A stretch of DNA of 42,454 nucleotides from a virus (Duplodnaviria > Caudoviricetes). Where the stretch lies: IMG/VR virus record IMGVR_UViG_3300037515_000929, positions 1-42,454 of that record. One strand, 5' to 3'. Position 1 is the first letter of the stretch, and each line of letters starts with the position of its first letter. Positions 41,053-42,454 of this stretch are shown piece after piece. A program made the translations under genes and the position numbers. The notes below the pieces were generated by a model. The model saw nothing but the letters and a program-made list of their open reading frames with translations, did not search any database and was not told the origin of the DNA.

Positions 41053-42128
41053 AGCGACGCTGGACGGGTCTGTGCGTGGTGCTCGTGGCGATGGTACCCG
41101 GGCTGGTCATGGCCCACGGCTGCGCGAGCTTCCCGGAGATCAAGCCGGAGCGCGAGCCCTGGCCGATCCGAGACGACGGGACCCCGTACGCGCGCTGCCA
41201 GCTCGGCGCCAACGTGCCGGAGGACATGCCGCGGGTGTCGTGCGACTGCGCGACCGAGGGCCCGGTGGTCGACTTCGTCGGGACCTGGGAGATCCGCGAG
41301 TGTCCCGCGCCGCCACCTCCACCGCCTCCACCGCCGGAGCCCGACCCCGAGCCCGATCCTGACCCGACGCCTCCTCCGCCCCCTCCGCCGGCAGGCACGT
41401 GTCCGCCCATCACGGCCTTCCGTTGCTTCGACGGCGACTCAACGGCGCTCGCCGGCGTCGAGGTCTCGGCTGCCGAGCGCCGCGTCATCGCCTCGAGGCC
41501 GGGCTACCTGGTCGAGGTGCACGAGCGAGGGCAGCACCTCCGGGCCAAGATCCGGACCCCGGACCCCGGCGCCGAGCCCGACCTGCGCCGCTGGACGGAG
41601 GACGTAGCCGCCGAGCTGCGTCGCGCCGGCTACTGCGCCTACAGCGGCGATCCAGGCGGCAGCTCGCCCGACGAGATCCTGATCGTCGTGGACGACCCGG
41701 AGGGCCTCGCCGAGCAATGGGACCTCGCGAAGTGCGGCGCGGTCGACCCCGACAAGCGCTATTGCGTTGGGAGCGATCTCGAGCACCAGCCGTTCGACTG
41801 CGTGCTCCGGGACTCGGGTCCCGACCTGGGATCCGGTGGCCCGGGCGACCCCGGGCCCGAAGACGAGCCGGAGGGCTACTGCACCGTCAGGGGGCACGGC
41901 AACGCGGACGGGCCGCTGCGGTTCCCGACCATGCTCGCCGCGTGCCAGTTCTCGCTCGATTGGGCGAGCGACGCCGGGCACACGACGCGCCACACGAGCG
42001 GCGGCGAGACTTGGTTCTACGACGAGGGCCGGGGCTGGTACCGCCGCGCGACGTGCGAGAGCTACGACTCGCCGGGTGGGCGGCTGCTCAATGGACCGGA
42101 CTGGTTTGGCGTCGAGTGCTTCCCGTGA
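41049..42128 (+). CDS. Cys-rich, Pro-rich putative lipoprotein
   Basis: MKRR plus hydrophobic stretch and AHG-C lipobox-like site; polyproline/PEPD linker; many Cys. Confidence 0.7.
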   Translation: MKRRWTGLCVVLVAMVPGLVMAHGCASFPEIKPEREPWPIRDDGTPYARCQLGANVPEDMPRVSCDCATEGPVVDFVGTWEIRECPAPPPPPPPPPEPDPEPDPDPTPPPPPPPAGTCPPITAFRCFDGDSTALAGVEVSAAERRVIASRPGYLVEVHERGQHLRAKIRTPDPGAEPDLRRWTEDVAAELRRAGYCAYSGDPGGSSPDEILIVVDDPEGLAEQWDLAKCGAVDPDKRYCVGSDLEHQPFDCVLRDSGPDLGSGGPGDPGPEDEPEGYCTVRGHGNADGPLRFPTMLAACQFSLDWASDAGHTTRHTSGGETWFYDEGRGWYRRATCESYDSPGGRLLNGPDWFGVECFP

Positions 42129-42147
42129 GGGGGCAAAGGAGGCCGTG

Positions 42148-42375
42148 ATGGTGCGAGCGCGTTTCGTCTGTCAGTCGGTCCGGAAGTTCTGCCACTGGTC
42201 GAAGCCCGGCGTGTTCCTCCACGAGGCCGAGCTCACGCCCGTCGTGGGTGACGACGAGGAAAACGCCAAGTTCTTCGAGGCGACCCCGAGCGGAACGATC
42301 AAGCTCGCGACCCTGAAGGATGACCTCTTCACGCCTGGGAAGACGTACCAGGTCGACTTCACCGAGGTCTCTTGA
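42148..42375 (+). CDS. Small phage protein, VRARF...TPSG...YQVDF type
   Basis: RBS AAGGAGG; ENAKFFEATPSGTIKL, FTPGKTYQVDFT. Confidence 0.8.
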   Translation: MVRARFVCQSVRKFCHWSKPGVFLHEAELTPVVGDDEENAKFFEATPSGTIKLATLKDDLFTPGKTYQVDFTEVS

Positions 42376-42454
42376 CGCCGCAGGCGCTGCTGATCGCGCT
42401 GCTGCTGGGCGCGCAAGCCGCCGTCGGGGCGGCCACTACAGATACACCCGAGAG
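42316..42454. repeat. Terminal direct repeat, right copy
   Basis: Matches 1-139 with one mismatch. Confidence 0.95.

Noticed and set aside
42316-42454. Biological terminal repeat of T7 type
   Set aside because: It falls inside coding genes, and the HNH/P27/terL set indicates cos packaging; most likely an assembly overlap.

Overview
The window is an apparently complete, circularly permuted genome of a very GC-rich temperate siphovirus, about 42.3 kb. Bases 1-139 recur at 42316-42454 with one mismatch. Late region (+): HNH, cos-like region, P27-type small terminase, large terminase, HK97-type portal, protease and capsid, decoration and head-fibre genes with an embedded GT4 glycosyltransferase, neck genes, tail tube, chaperone with a GGGAAAA -1 frameshift, a 1400-aa tape measure and tail-tip genes. 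Lysogeny region: an attP whose core is the 5' half of tRNA-Leu(CAA), flanked by arm repeats, a tyrosine integrase with an N-terminal zinc ribbon, and a divergent RHH / Fis-HTH pair with no recognisable CI/Cro. Early operon (+): two ParB-domain proteins (one a direct-repeat-flanked insert), Xis-like, HNH, a 17-aa repeat protein, ASCH, acyl carrier protein, GapR-Rmf fusion, AAA ATPase, DUF1376 initiator with iterons, HerA-like ATPase and RusA. The lysis cassette wraps the origin: GH108 endolysin, Cys/Pro-rich lipoprotein, conserved small protein, predicted outer-membrane beta-barrel, phospholipase-A2-like membrane protein and a TM/coiled-coil protein. The most interesting signals are the 5'-tRNA attP geometry, the barrel/PLA2 lysis cassette, the capsid-module glycosyltransferase and the ACP-GapR/Rmf-AAA cluster. 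All family calls come from motifs recognised by eye. No database search was run.
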